Below, in pieces: positions 18,089-27,033 of a stretch of DNA of 64,000 nt; the first letter of the stretch is position 1; the number at the start of each line of letters is the position of its first letter. The notes below the pieces were generated by a model. That model made no database searches and had not been told where the DNA came from. It saw only the letters and a list, made by a program, of their open reading frames with translations. Made by a program: the position numbers and the translations under genes. Origin of the DNA: Patescibacteria group bacterium (GTDB taxonomy: Bacteria; Patescibacteriota; Minisyncoccia; Phycocordibacterales; UBA9973); the NCBI GenBank assembly GCA_028868715.1, contig JAGWUB010000001.1, positions 53,480 to 117,479 of the forward strand, written 5' to 3'.

Positions 18089-18243
18089 ATAATTATATTT
18101 AAGTTTATCAAAAAATTACAATAATAACTATATTCTAATTGACAAAGGTATGCTTTGCAGTATAATCGTTGTTATATAGCGTTTATTGTTGTATTCAAAA
18201 AATGGAAGTCCGAAAAGTGGTTTAATTCGTTTCGATAGAAACT

Positions 18244-19293
18244 ATGGAACAATCGCTAATTAAAAAGAATCCTCAATTTGATAACCATGAGCTAGTCTCA
18301 TTCTTTTTTGATAAAGAGACAGGTCTGCGTGGTATTATCGCCATACACTCGACTAAACTTGGCCCCGCAGTTGGGGGCACTAGATATTTTCCCTATAATT
18401 CGGATGAAGAAGCATTGGAAGATGTGCTGCGCCTTTCTCGCTCCATGTCATACAAGTGCATCTTGGCTGGAGTAAAATATGGAGGTGGAAAATGTGTGCT
18501 GATCGCTCCATCGCAAAATAAAATTAAAGCCAAAGAATATCTCGAGGCTTATGGCCGAATACTAAAAGAATATTCTACGAAATTTTTTACCGGCGAAGAT
18601 GTCGGCATGAGCCAAAACGACATAGAGATACTCGGGAAAATAACTCCAAATATTATCGGCACCAAGGCCAAAGCTGGGGACCCTTCCCCTTGGGCGGCGC
18701 TTTCCACTTACTATGCCATCCGCGGAGCGCTTAAATTTTTATACGGAGACACGTCGTTAAAAGGTAAAAAAATTATTATCAAGGGACTTGGAAAAGTTGG
18801 CATGGAGCTAGCTAGGCTCGCAAATGAAGAAGGAGCTATACTCCTCGTGTCTGATGTAGATAAAAAGCGTACTGATCAAGCGCTGAAATCTTTTAAGAAT
18901 GTATCCGTCATCGCCCCTTCTGAATTTTCTTCTCATGAGTGTGATATTTTTGCGCCTTGTGCTTTGGGTAAGGATATCACCGACTATATTGCCCAAAAAA
19001 TTGAAGTAAAAATTATCTGTGGAGCTGCCAACAATCAGCTCGTTTCCGAAAAAGAAGGCGTGACTCTCTTTAAACGGGGTGTCGTATATGTTCCAGACTA
19101 TGTAGCTAATGGCGGAGGACTAATAAATGTCGTCGCCGAACTTTCAAACGGTGGCTACAACAAAGAAAATGTTCTACAGAAATGTAAAAATATTGAGGAT
19201 GAAGTGGTCACCATCCTCAAGGAAAGCAAGGAAACAGATACCGCTCCGAGTGAAATTGCCGATAGAATTGCTAAACGTGCCCTAGAACAATAA
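18244..19293 (+). CDS. Leucine (Glu/Leu/Phe/Val-family) dehydrogenase.
   Basis: GGTRYFPY...GGGK matches the ELFV dehydrogenase signature, plus an NAD Rossmann motif GLGKVG. A near-consensus promoter TTGACA-16-TATAAT is at 18139-18168. Confidence 0.8.
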   Translation: MEQSLIKKNPQFDNHELVSFFFDKETGLRGIIAIHSTKLGPAVGGTRYFPYNSDEEALEDVLRLSRSMSYKCILAGVKYGGGKCVLIAPSQNKIKAKEYLEAYGRILKEYSTKFFTGEDVGMSQNDIEILGKITPNIIGTKAKAGDPSPWAALSTYYAIRGALKFLYGDTSLKGKKIIIKGLGKVGMELARLANEEGAILLVSDVDKKRTDQALKSFKNVSVIAPSEFSSHECDIFAPCALGKDITDYIAQKIEVKIICGAANNQLVSEKEGVTLFKRGVVYVPDYVANGGGLINVVAELSNGGYNKENVLQKCKNIEDEVVTILKESKETDTAPSEIADRIAKRALEQ

Positions 19294-19296
19294 TTT

Positions 19297-20811
19297 ATGT
19301 CCGGGAAAAGATATAAAATTAAGAATAAACATTTTATACATGAAATTGAAACCCGGAAATCTAGTTATTGGGAAAATATAAGAGATAAAAATAAACTCAA
19401 AATATTCAAAGACACGGTAGCTTCCGTGCCAGCCTACCGTTTGTTTTTAAAAAAACACTCCATTGATCCCAAAAAAATTCGCACGATAGCAGATCTAGCT
19501 CATGTGCCCGTTACAACTAAAGATTCCTATCTAAGATCTTTTTCTGTGGCTAACCTTTGTAAGAAAGGAACACTTATGCACCCCCTAGTTTTCACAGCAA
19601 CTTCTGGATCTACGGGCGAACCATACTATTTTCCTAGATTTGAAAAAATAGATAGAGAATACTCTATTTTAATTGAATACTATCTTTCCCAAAACAAAAT
19701 ATCACTGGAAGGGCCAACTCTAGTTGTCGTTTGTTTCGGTATGGGAATTTGGATTGGTGGAGTTATCACCTATCAGGCTTTCGAGGCGGCAAGTCGAGAA
19801 AGCGGATATCCAATATCAATTATCACTCCAGGAACAAACAAAGAAGAAGTTTTAAATTCTCTTGCAAAACTTGCACCAAATTTTTCACAAACTATTCTGA
19901 TTGGCTACCCACCCTTTATCAAAGACCTGATAGACGAGGCGGCAAGTAAAAAAATAAATCTTAGTAAGTTAAATATGCGTTTAATGTTTGCCGCCGAATC
20001 ATTCTCAGAAAAGTTTAGAGATTACTTGGGTAAAAAGGCAAAAATTGACAACATTTACCGTGACACATTAAATGTATATGGTAGTGCTGACATCGGTGCC
20101 ATGGCATGGGAAACAGGAGTATCAATTCTAATTAAACGGATACTTACTAAAGATAAAAAATTATATGCAGATTTTTTTCCATCGGTTTCACAAATGCCAA
20201 CAATGGCTCAATACAATCCACACTTTATAACCTTTGAGTCAGTCGATGGAAATATTATACTGTCAGCTGAAAATGCTCTGCCGCTAGTTAGATACGCTAT
20301 TGGAGATCATGGTGGAGCTATAAGTTTTAGAGAAGTAGAGAAAAAATTTAAGAAAAATGGTTATGATCTAAAAACACTTGCAAAAAAAGCTGGTATCACT
20401 TCAATCCCAGAATTACCATTCGTGTATATTTACGAGCGAAGCGATTTTTCAACAAAGTTTTATGGTGCAATTGTTTTTCCAGAATATATAAAGTCTGCAC
20501 TGGAACGAGATAAGGTTGAGAATTTAGTTACCGGAAAATTTACTATGTTCACTCGCCACGATAAAAAACATAACCAGTTTCTAGAAGTAAATGTTGAGCT
20601 CAAAAAAGGAATACATGCTGACAAAAATTTAAATAAACTAGTCCAGAATCTTGTCTTTCAAGAACTTATAGAGCGAAGTACTGAGTGTAGAAATAACGCC
20701 CAGCTTTTAGGCAAAAAAATGCTACCAAAAATTACCTTTTGGTCATATGAAGATTCTCTATATTTCAAAACTGGTATCAAGCAAAAGTGGGTGAAAAAAA
20801 CACCAAAATAG
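19297..20811 (+). CDS. PaaK/CapK/F390-synthetase-family adenylate-forming enzyme.
   Basis: VPVTTKDSYLRSF corresponds to the PaaK LPxTxKxDLR motif, and TSGSTGEPYYFP is the AMP-binding motif. Length is 504 aa. Confidence 0.65.
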   Translation: MSGKRYKIKNKHFIHEIETRKSSYWENIRDKNKLKIFKDTVASVPAYRLFLKKHSIDPKKIRTIADLAHVPVTTKDSYLRSFSVANLCKKGTLMHPLVFTATSGSTGEPYYFPRFEKIDREYSILIEYYLSQNKISLEGPTLVVVCFGMGIWIGGVITYQAFEAASRESGYPISIITPGTNKEEVLNSLAKLAPNFSQTILIGYPPFIKDLIDEAASKKINLSKLNMRLMFAAESFSEKFRDYLGKKAKIDNIYRDTLNVYGSADIGAMAWETGVSILIKRILTKDKKLYADFFPSVSQMPTMAQYNPHFITFESVDGNIILSAENALPLVRYAIGDHGGAISFREVEKKFKKNGYDLKTLAKKAGITSIPELPFVYIYERSDFSTKFYGAIVFPEYIKSALERDKVENLVTGKFTMFTRHDKKHNQFLEVNVELKKGIHADKNLNKLVQNLVFQELIERSTECRNNAQLLGKKMLPKITFWSYEDSLYFKTGIKQKWVKKTPK

Positions 20812-20854
20812 CTGTTCCTTTGTCGTTGTAAATAAGTTATACTTATAATAGTTT

Positions 20855-22039
20855 ATGAAAGAAACTGAACAATATTTACAAGAATTTTCGGATAAAAAAA
20901 TCGGGGTTAAACCTATTTTTTTTAATCTAAAAATTGCTCAAGAAAAAGAGTCACTTAGGAAACTTTTTGATTCAAGTACAATCATCCGGGTTGCTGATGA
21001 TTATCAGGAAGAATTACTAGAACTTTTTGGTATAAATCATCCGACTGAAGTCTATCAACCAGGGTTCAAAGAATCATTTGAAAAATATTACGCAGATTTA
21101 CAAAAGGAAACTCCCCTCTCCGACCACGGAGTTTGGGTTTATTTTCCATGGAATGGAGTTTTGTCACATATTTTGGAAGAAAAAGATTTTCAAATTGTCC
21201 GAACTGCCAGAAATAGAAATCTGATTGACCAAAGAGAACAAGAAAAATTTCACGACGCTACAGTAGGCATCGCTGGGCTTTCCGTCGGCTCTAGTGTGGC
21301 CTTTGCGCTTACCTTGCAAGGGGGTCCAAAGCATATTAAGCTCGCTGATATGGATCGTCTAGCACTTACTAATACAAATAGAGTGCTTATGGGAGTAGAT
21401 CATTTAGGTTCACTGAAAGTGGAGATGGCGGCACATAAAATATATGAGATAAATCCGTATGCAGAAATTGAACTTTTCCCCGAGGGATTAAACACTGAAA
21501 ATATAAGCCTTTTTTGTGAAAATTTGGATTTAGTCATTGATGAAATAGACAACCTAGCCATAAAATACCTCTTACGCACTGAAGCAAAAAAAAGGAAAAT
21601 TGCAGTGGTAATGGGTGCCGATAATGGGGACAATGCTGTCGTTGACGTGGAGCGTTATGATCTTGACCCAGATTTGCCTTTTTTCCATGGCCGACTGGGG
21701 GAAACTTCATACGATGAGCTTTCAAAGCTTGATAAGTTTGGCATAGGCAAAACTATTACCAAGCATATTGGAGCAGAAAATGTGACCATCCGAACTCAAG
21801 AATCACTATTGGAAATGGGGAAAACCATTGTCTCTTGGCCACAGCTCGGTGGGGCAGCACTCATCAATGGAGCTGCTGTCGCCTACTGTGTACGAAAAAT
21901 TTTAAACGGTCAGTCAGTAGAGGGCAACCGCGCACTCATTTCATTGGATGAAAAACTAATTCCGGAGTATACTAGTGATGAGGAAATAAAGAAGCGAAAT
22001 AATGCTTCTACCGCATTTAAAAAAATCTTTGGATTATAA
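20855..22039 (+). CDS. ThiF/MoeB/E1-like adenylyltransferase with a ~130-aa N-terminal extension.
   Basis: E1 Rossmann VGIAGLSVGSSVAFALTL...KLADMDRLALTNTNR. No rhodanese domain and no C-terminal Cys pair are evident. Confidence 0.7.
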   Translation: MKETEQYLQEFSDKKIGVKPIFFNLKIAQEKESLRKLFDSSTIIRVADDYQEELLELFGINHPTEVYQPGFKESFEKYYADLQKETPLSDHGVWVYFPWNGVLSHILEEKDFQIVRTARNRNLIDQREQEKFHDATVGIAGLSVGSSVAFALTLQGGPKHIKLADMDRLALTNTNRVLMGVDHLGSLKVEMAAHKIYEINPYAEIELFPEGLNTENISLFCENLDLVIDEIDNLAIKYLLRTEAKKRKIAVVMGADNGDNAVVDVERYDLDPDLPFFHGRLGETSYDELSKLDKFGIGKTITKHIGAENVTIRTQESLLEMGKTIVSWPQLGGAALINGAAVAYCVRKILNGQSVEGNRALISLDEKLIPEYTSDEEIKKRNNASTAFKKIFGL

Positions 22040-22040
22040 A

Positions 22041-23111
22041 ATGGAACAAGACATAAAACAGATTATACAAGATGCAATCTATGCGCCTTCTGGTGAAAAT
22101 TGCCAACCATGGAGCTTTAGGATCTCAGGAGCAACGATCAATCTTTTTAATTTACCTGAAAGAGATCAGTCGCCGTACAATCGAGGACAATATGGTTCTT
22201 ATGTAGCGCACGGGGCTGTATTGGAAAATATTAAAATATCAGCTGAGCAATTGGGATATAGAGTAGATATTAAACTTTTTCCTGAACCTAGTAACAAAAA
22301 TCACATAGCTTTGATAAGCTTAGAAAAACTATCTACTTCTATCGAAAAACCAATTCTTTATGGAGCAATAGCTAAAAGAGTAACAAATAGAAAACCTTAC
22401 GAGGATACGTTGCTCTCCCCCTTGGAATTAGACGAGCTTGTAAAAAGTATTTCAGATAATTCAGTTAAAATTTTAATTACGCAAAAGAATTCTGATAAAA
22501 AAACTTTGGCCGAAATCGGCAGTTTAAACGAAAGCATAATGATGAGTAATGAATTTTTACACGACTTTTTTTTCTCGCATGTAACTTGGACGAAAGAAAT
22601 GGACGAACAAAAAAAGATTGGTTTTTTTGTAGATACTCTAGAGCTACCACTCCCTGCCAAGAAACTCTTTAAAATAGCTAAGAATTGGAAAATAGTTAAA
22701 TTTTTAAATAAATTTGGATTTTCAAAGGAAGTAGGTAAACAAAATGCAAAAACTTATACTTCATCGTCGGGTTTTGGAATACTTTCTATAAAAGATACAT
22801 CGCCAGAGAGTTTTATAAATGCTGGCATGGCCCTTGAGCGGATTTGGCTCACGGCAACTAATCTTGGATTAAATTTCCAACCGGTCTCTGGATTATTATT
22901 TTTAGTTTATGCAGTCAAATTAGATGGAACAGCACAATTTTCAAAAAATCAAACAGACCTTATAGATAAAGGTTATGAGACAATTAAAAAAACTTTTCAG
23001 GTTGATTCTAGCGAAAATGTAGTGTTTATGTTCAGGATTGGTCATGGAAATATAAAACCCACAGCCAGATCGTCGCGATTCAATGTTGAAGACTTTATTC
23101 AGGTAGCTTAA
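22041..23111 (+). CDS. Nitroreductase-superfamily (FMN-dependent, SagB/McbC-like) oxidoreductase. Its start is coupled 1 nt after the ThiF-like stop.
   Basis: IIQDAIYAPSGENCQPWSF is the nitroreductase N-terminal signature. A second half-domain follows at ~200-356 aa. The ATG at 22041 directly follows the TAA at 22037-22039. Confidence 0.55.
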   Translation: MEQDIKQIIQDAIYAPSGENCQPWSFRISGATINLFNLPERDQSPYNRGQYGSYVAHGAVLENIKISAEQLGYRVDIKLFPEPSNKNHIALISLEKLSTSIEKPILYGAIAKRVTNRKPYEDTLLSPLELDELVKSISDNSVKILITQKNSDKKTLAEIGSLNESIMMSNEFLHDFFFSHVTWTKEMDEQKKIGFFVDTLELPLPAKKLFKIAKNWKIVKFLNKFGFSKEVGKQNAKTYTSSSGFGILSIKDTSPESFINAGMALERIWLTATNLGLNFQPVSGLLFLVYAVKLDGTAQFSKNQTDLIDKGYETIKKTFQVDSSENVVFMFRIGHGNIKPTARSSRFNVEDFIQVA

Positions 23112-23113
23112 TT

Positions 23114-24748
23114 ATGATGACAAATTTATTTTTGAATAATGCAAATTATAATATATTAATTGTCGGAATTGCAGTAGGTTCTATCTTGCTCTTAGGTTTT
23201 ACCATTTATTTTAATAACCGAGAAAGTGTTACCAATAGAGCGTTTTTTTATTACTGTTTAGCAGTTGCTTTGTGGGGTATCTCAAATTTTTTTGAATACC
23301 AATTTACAGAAAATACTATTGCTCTCTGGGCACTTCGTACCCATTTATTTATTTCTGTGTGGTATAGTTTAACTTTTTTCCGTCTTTGTTATGTATTCCC
23401 AAATAATCAGTTCAAGTTCCCGAAGTGGTATAAATATTATGTAATTCCATTTATAGTCATCACTTCCTTGGTTACCTTAACTCCCTTAGTTTTTATTAGA
23501 CTTGCTCACTTAGCAACAGTAGGACAAGTCACTCGTGCAGAAATAGGTCCAGGTATGGCCCTTTTTGGATTGGCGGCTTTTGGATTACTTATTGCTGGGC
23601 TTATTGTTTTGTCTGTTCGGGCTATGAAGGTAAAAGGCATAGAGAGAAAACAATTGTGGCTCGTTTTTTGGGGGATGCTTTTAACTGCCTGTTTAACTCT
23701 TGTTTTTAATTTGGTTCTTCCTGTTGGTTTTCAGAATGTAACCTATATACCTTTTGCTGCACTTTTTGTTTTACCATTTGTTTTCCTTGTTTCTTACACC
23801 ATATACAGACACAAGCTTTTTGATATTAAAATTATGGCTATTGCCTTCGTTGCTTTTGTACTTACAATATTTAGTCTTTCTAATGTTATTTATGCCACAG
23901 GTCCTAGCCAAATCGTATTAAATACTTCCTTCTTTTTACTTGTATTGTTGGGAAGTATTATTCTAATACAAAGCATATTGAGAGAAATAAAACAGCGTGA
24001 GCGACTTGAGATTCTAACTGGTCAATTAGAGGAAGCAAATGAAAATCTGACCGAACTTATTAAGCAAAGGGAAAGCTTGGTGCATCTTATTACCCACAAG
24101 GTGAAAGGATCATTTACGCGTTCCAAATACATTTTTGCTGGTCTACTCGATGGAACCTTTGGGGAAATATCTGCAGATGTAAAGAAATACGCAGAGCAGG
24201 GATTGGAATCAGACAACGCGGGGATAAATACAGTGGATTTGGTGTTAAATGTCGCCAATATGCAGAAAGGCGTAGTGAAATATGACATGAAAAAGATGGA
24301 TTTCAAAGATATTGTATTGAGTAGTCTATCTGAAAAAGAAGTAGCTATAACAAAAAAGGGTTTGCAGTTGGAAAAAGATATCAAAGACGGAGATTTCTCT
24401 ATTATGGGAGATACTTTTTGGCTCAAGGAAGCGGTAAATAATTTAATTGAAAATTCAATAAAATATACCAAGCAAGGAAAAATTATCGTGGGGCTTGAAA
24501 AAAATAATGACAAGATAAAACTTTCCGTCAAAGATACTGGCATAGGAATTACCGAAGAAGACAAAAAGAATCTCTTTACCGAAGGTGGACGAGGTAAAGA
24601 TTCCGTCAAGGTAAATGTGGATAGCACTGGCTATGGTCTCTACACAGTCAAACTAATCGCCGAAGCCCACAAGGGGCGTGTCTGGGCCGAATCCGCAGGT
24701 CCTGATAAAGGCTCCGCCTTCTACCTAGAACTCCCTGCTACTCAATAA
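23114..24748 (+). CDS. Sensor histidine kinase with a 7-TM N-terminal sensor.
   Basis: Roughly 7 predicted TM helices lie in the first 290 aa. A coiled-coil follows, then a dimerisation His region (LITHKVKGSF) and a HATPase_c domain (N-box NLIENSIKYT, then DTGIGI and GYGLY). No adjacent response regulator is present. Confidence 0.75.
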   Translation: MMTNLFLNNANYNILIVGIAVGSILLLGFTIYFNNRESVTNRAFFYYCLAVALWGISNFFEYQFTENTIALWALRTHLFISVWYSLTFFRLCYVFPNNQFKFPKWYKYYVIPFIVITSLVTLTPLVFIRLAHLATVGQVTRAEIGPGMALFGLAAFGLLIAGLIVLSVRAMKVKGIERKQLWLVFWGMLLTACLTLVFNLVLPVGFQNVTYIPFAALFVLPFVFLVSYTIYRHKLFDIKIMAIAFVAFVLTIFSLSNVIYATGPSQIVLNTSFFLLVLLGSIILIQSILREIKQRERLEILTGQLEEANENLTELIKQRESLVHLITHKVKGSFTRSKYIFAGLLDGTFGEISADVKKYAEQGLESDNAGINTVDLVLNVANMQKGVVKYDMKKMDFKDIVLSSLSEKEVAITKKGLQLEKDIKDGDFSIMGDTFWLKEAVNNLIENSIKYTKQGKIIVGLEKNNDKIKLSVKDTGIGITEEDKKNLFTEGGRGKDSVKVNVDSTGYGLYTVKLIAEAHKGRVWAESAGPDKGSAFYLELPATQ

Positions 24749-25321
24749 TTACTTTTCCTGAACAATAAAGTGAAATACGTGCCAATGCTTTTGTTCACCG
24801 GAAGCATCTTTACCATCTTTCTCTTCTTCGATAAATTCTAAAATTTTTAAACCAGACAATAAATCGAGTGCTTGTTTTTTTGTATGAAACGCAAGATTAG
24901 ATTTTGAATTATTCCAGCTATCTCTAGCACCAAAAAACTGCCCTACAAAAATACCTTTTGGCGCAAGTGAACCTGTGATTTTTTTTATAAAAGATTTAAA
25001 ACCCCTCTTGCCGTAAAATGGCAATGCGTACTGAGCATTTATTAAATTAAAAGTGTTTTTAGGAAAATTATATTTATGAAAGGATATATTTTTAAACTTA
25101 AACTTTTTATTTTTTAATTTTTTTGCAAATATTTTTACTTCGGGTGAACTGTCAGTCGCCAAGACATGCTTGAAACCTTTTTTAACTAGAAACTTTGATT
25201 CAATCAAGGTCCCAGCCCCTAGATCTAAAGCATTTTCTTTATTTTTACAAAAAGAAACCGCTAGAACCAATAGTTCTCTTGGCTTTCTTCCCATATGTTT
25301 TTTAAAATATTCTTCCCACAT
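24749..25321 (-). CDS. Class I SAM-dependent methyltransferase.
   Basis: Motif I ALDLGAGTLIES. Length is 190 aa. Confidence 0.6.
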   Translation of the reverse strand: MWEEYFKKHMGRKPRELLVLAVSFCKNKENALDLGAGTLIESKFLVKKGFKHVLATDSSPEVKIFAKKLKNKKFKFKNISFHKYNFPKNTFNLINAQYALPFYGKRGFKSFIKKITGSLAPKGIFVGQFFGARDSWNNSKSNLAFHTKKQALDLLSGLKILEFIEEEKDGKDASGEQKHWHVFHFIVQEK

Positions 25322-25409
25322 AATATAAACTATACACTAAAAAGAGAAAGGGCCGAAGTAGTTGCGTCAGCACTTTCTCCGACCCTATTGTTGTTGGTAT
25401 CTTTTGGGC

Positions 25410-25865
25410 TTACTCATCATCACCACCACCATCATCGCTACTACACATGTTGTCACATGTTGCTGCTTTGCCGACGAAACTTTCGCCGAATTCTGCGACA
25501 AATAGAGCATGGGTTTTTGCAACTTGGGGTTGCAGGTCGTCGTCCTCAAGAGCGGGTTTGTGATACAAGACTTTTCCGAAGATCTGTGTTGTATCTTGTT
25601 CATATTTTCTCATGTCGAGAATGTGAGCATGCCAAAGCTCATCAATTTGACCACTCGGCACAATGCCCAAGCCTGGATACTTGAGTGATATGAGAAGAAA
25701 TCTACGATACCACTTGTCAGCTTCGGTGGCCTCGTCGTTAGTCCAACCCATACCTCTTGGTGCCGGTTGCTGCAACCGACCAAGTACGTTATCCAGATTC
25801 ATGTTTTTAATGGCTTGAATGCCTTTCTGAACACGACCCGAATTATTTAATACATCTTTATCCAT
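25410..25865 (-). CDS. Hypothetical protein with a DUF1399-like ELWHAHIL motif and an acidic Cys-containing tail. It is compositionally GC-rich relative to its neighbours.
   Basis: QIDELWHAHILDMRKYEQD resembles the D(L/I)xWHTHxL core of DUF1399/GRDP-type proteins. Local GC is visibly higher than flanking DNA, judged by eye. Confidence 0.4.
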   Translation of the reverse strand: MDKDVLNNSGRVQKGIQAIKNMNLDNVLGRLQQPAPRGMGWTNDEATEADKWYRRFLLISLKYPGLGIVPSGQIDELWHAHILDMRKYEQDTTQIFGKVLYHKPALEDDDLQPQVAKTHALFVAEFGESFVGKAATCDNMCSSDDGGGDDE

Positions 25866-26071
25866 AAAGAACTCCTTTTTTCGTGCCGAATTCGCCTCGA
25901 CTATTTTGCGACTTATCCTTTTGAGATAAGTGTTTTAGGCCCTTTTTAAGGGGCACAAAACACTTGTCTCACTGGCAACCACGTTCATAGAAAAAACTAG
26001 TTACAGCGCTAGTGTAACCCGTTATTATATTAAGTCAATAGTGGAAAATTATGTATAAAAATAAGTAAATT

Positions 26072-26947
26072 CTATTTCTTAATCTGGCTAGATGCTAGGC
26101 GGAGGATTATTTCGTGGACGGCATTTTCACTATTGGTTATAACCACAGAATTATCATCGGCAAAGACATACATCATCACTATTTTGTTGTCAGTATCATA
26201 TAGAATGCGCGCATTTTTGTTTTCTACAATGCCATCTTGAAATTCTTTAGTTAAGAGATATTTTGTATCGGGTGAAAAATTGATTCCAAAAAATCCATGC
26301 AAGTCCACAAACAGCTTTGGCTCCCAAGCATGCATAGTGTCAAAAATATCAGGGATAGAACGCATTTTTAATAACATAAAAAAACTCTTGCCTGCGGAGA
26401 TGGAAGGGTTGGTTTGGTCAGCACTATTAAATGCACCCATAAAGAAATTGTCGTCTATAAAGTTATTGGTACCAGGAGTAAAATTGCCCTCTATAATGGT
26501 AATAAATTGCCTCAAGCCCACTGGACCCTTATTCAGGGTTGGGTACATTCCCTCTATTCCCCCTGGTTTTACAGTAGTGTTGTTAACTGCGTTGAAAAAC
26601 TTGGCTGAGATTGCATCTTTTTTTAAATCAGCCAGCTCCAAGAGAGAATCTTTGTCGGTAAAAATTATAGGTATAAATTGTTTTTGTACTGGAACACTTG
26701 GAGCACTTCGCTGAAAAATAAAGAAGAATAAAGTTCCTAAAGAGATAAAAGTGAGAAGCATCCCCAAAAACATAAAGAATTTATTCTTTTTTGACTGCGG
26801 AGATAGCTCTCTTTTTTCTTTTTCATGCTCCTCCTCGCCGTGAATTATTTTTTTTATTAATCCACCTTTGTCCTCCTCCAAAACATGAGCCATGTCTTCG
26901 GCATAAGTTTGCACTATCTTATTTTGGGGTATGTTGTTATTTTCCAT
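26072..26947 (-). CDS. Single-pass membrane protein with a large extracytoplasmic domain, hypothetical. The start is set at the second Met to exclude the palindromic element.
   Basis: TM FFMFLGMLLTFISLGTLFFFIF. No recognised motifs. Confidence 0.45.
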   Translation of the reverse strand: MENNNIPQNKIVQTYAEDMAHVLEEDKGGLIKKIIHGEEEHEKEKRELSPQSKKNKFFMFLGMLLTFISLGTLFFFIFQRSAPSVPVQKQFIPIIFTDKDSLLELADLKKDAISAKFFNAVNNTTVKPGGIEGMYPTLNKGPVGLRQFITIIEGNFTPGTNNFIDDNFFMGAFNSADQTNPSISAGKSFFMLLKMRSIPDIFDTMHAWEPKLFVDLHGFFGINFSPDTKYLLTKEFQDGIVENKNARILYDTDNKIVMMYVFADDNSVVITNSENAVHEIILRLASSQIKK

Positions 26948-27030
26948 CCCGTTAGAGATAGGATGCGCTAGCGCATCCATAGTTATTTATATTTATAATT
27001 AATTTTAACATGATTGATCTCTAACGGGAT
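26946..27030. repeat. Hairpin element, copy 2. It has the same 14-bp arms as copy 1, plus a perfect inner palindrome GGATGCGCTAGCGCATCC.
   Basis: ATCCCGTTAGAGATaGGATGCGCTAGCGCATCC...(37 nt AT-rich)...gATCTCTAACGGGATcc. It fills the pnp-stop to next-gene-start gap. Confidence 0.6.
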
Positions 27031-27033
27031 CCA

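Noticed and set aside
22002-22040. Earlier start (MLLPHLKKSLDYK...) for the nitroreductase-like gene, overlapping the ThiF-like gene by 38 nt
   Set aside because: The ATG at 22041 directly follows the ThiF-like stop and begins the conserved nitroreductase N-terminus. The upstream extension is probably read-through of the overlapping frame.
24022-24627. 201-aa minus-strand ORF
   Set aside because: It is antisense to the well-supported histidine kinase HATPase_c region.
25295-25684. 129-aa plus-strand ORF with a HHHHHHH run
   Set aside because: It is the antisense translation of the GC-rich acidic tail (DDGGGDDE) of the 25410-25865 gene. The His-run comes from the catcatcaccaccaccatcat repeat, not from a real His-tag-like protein.
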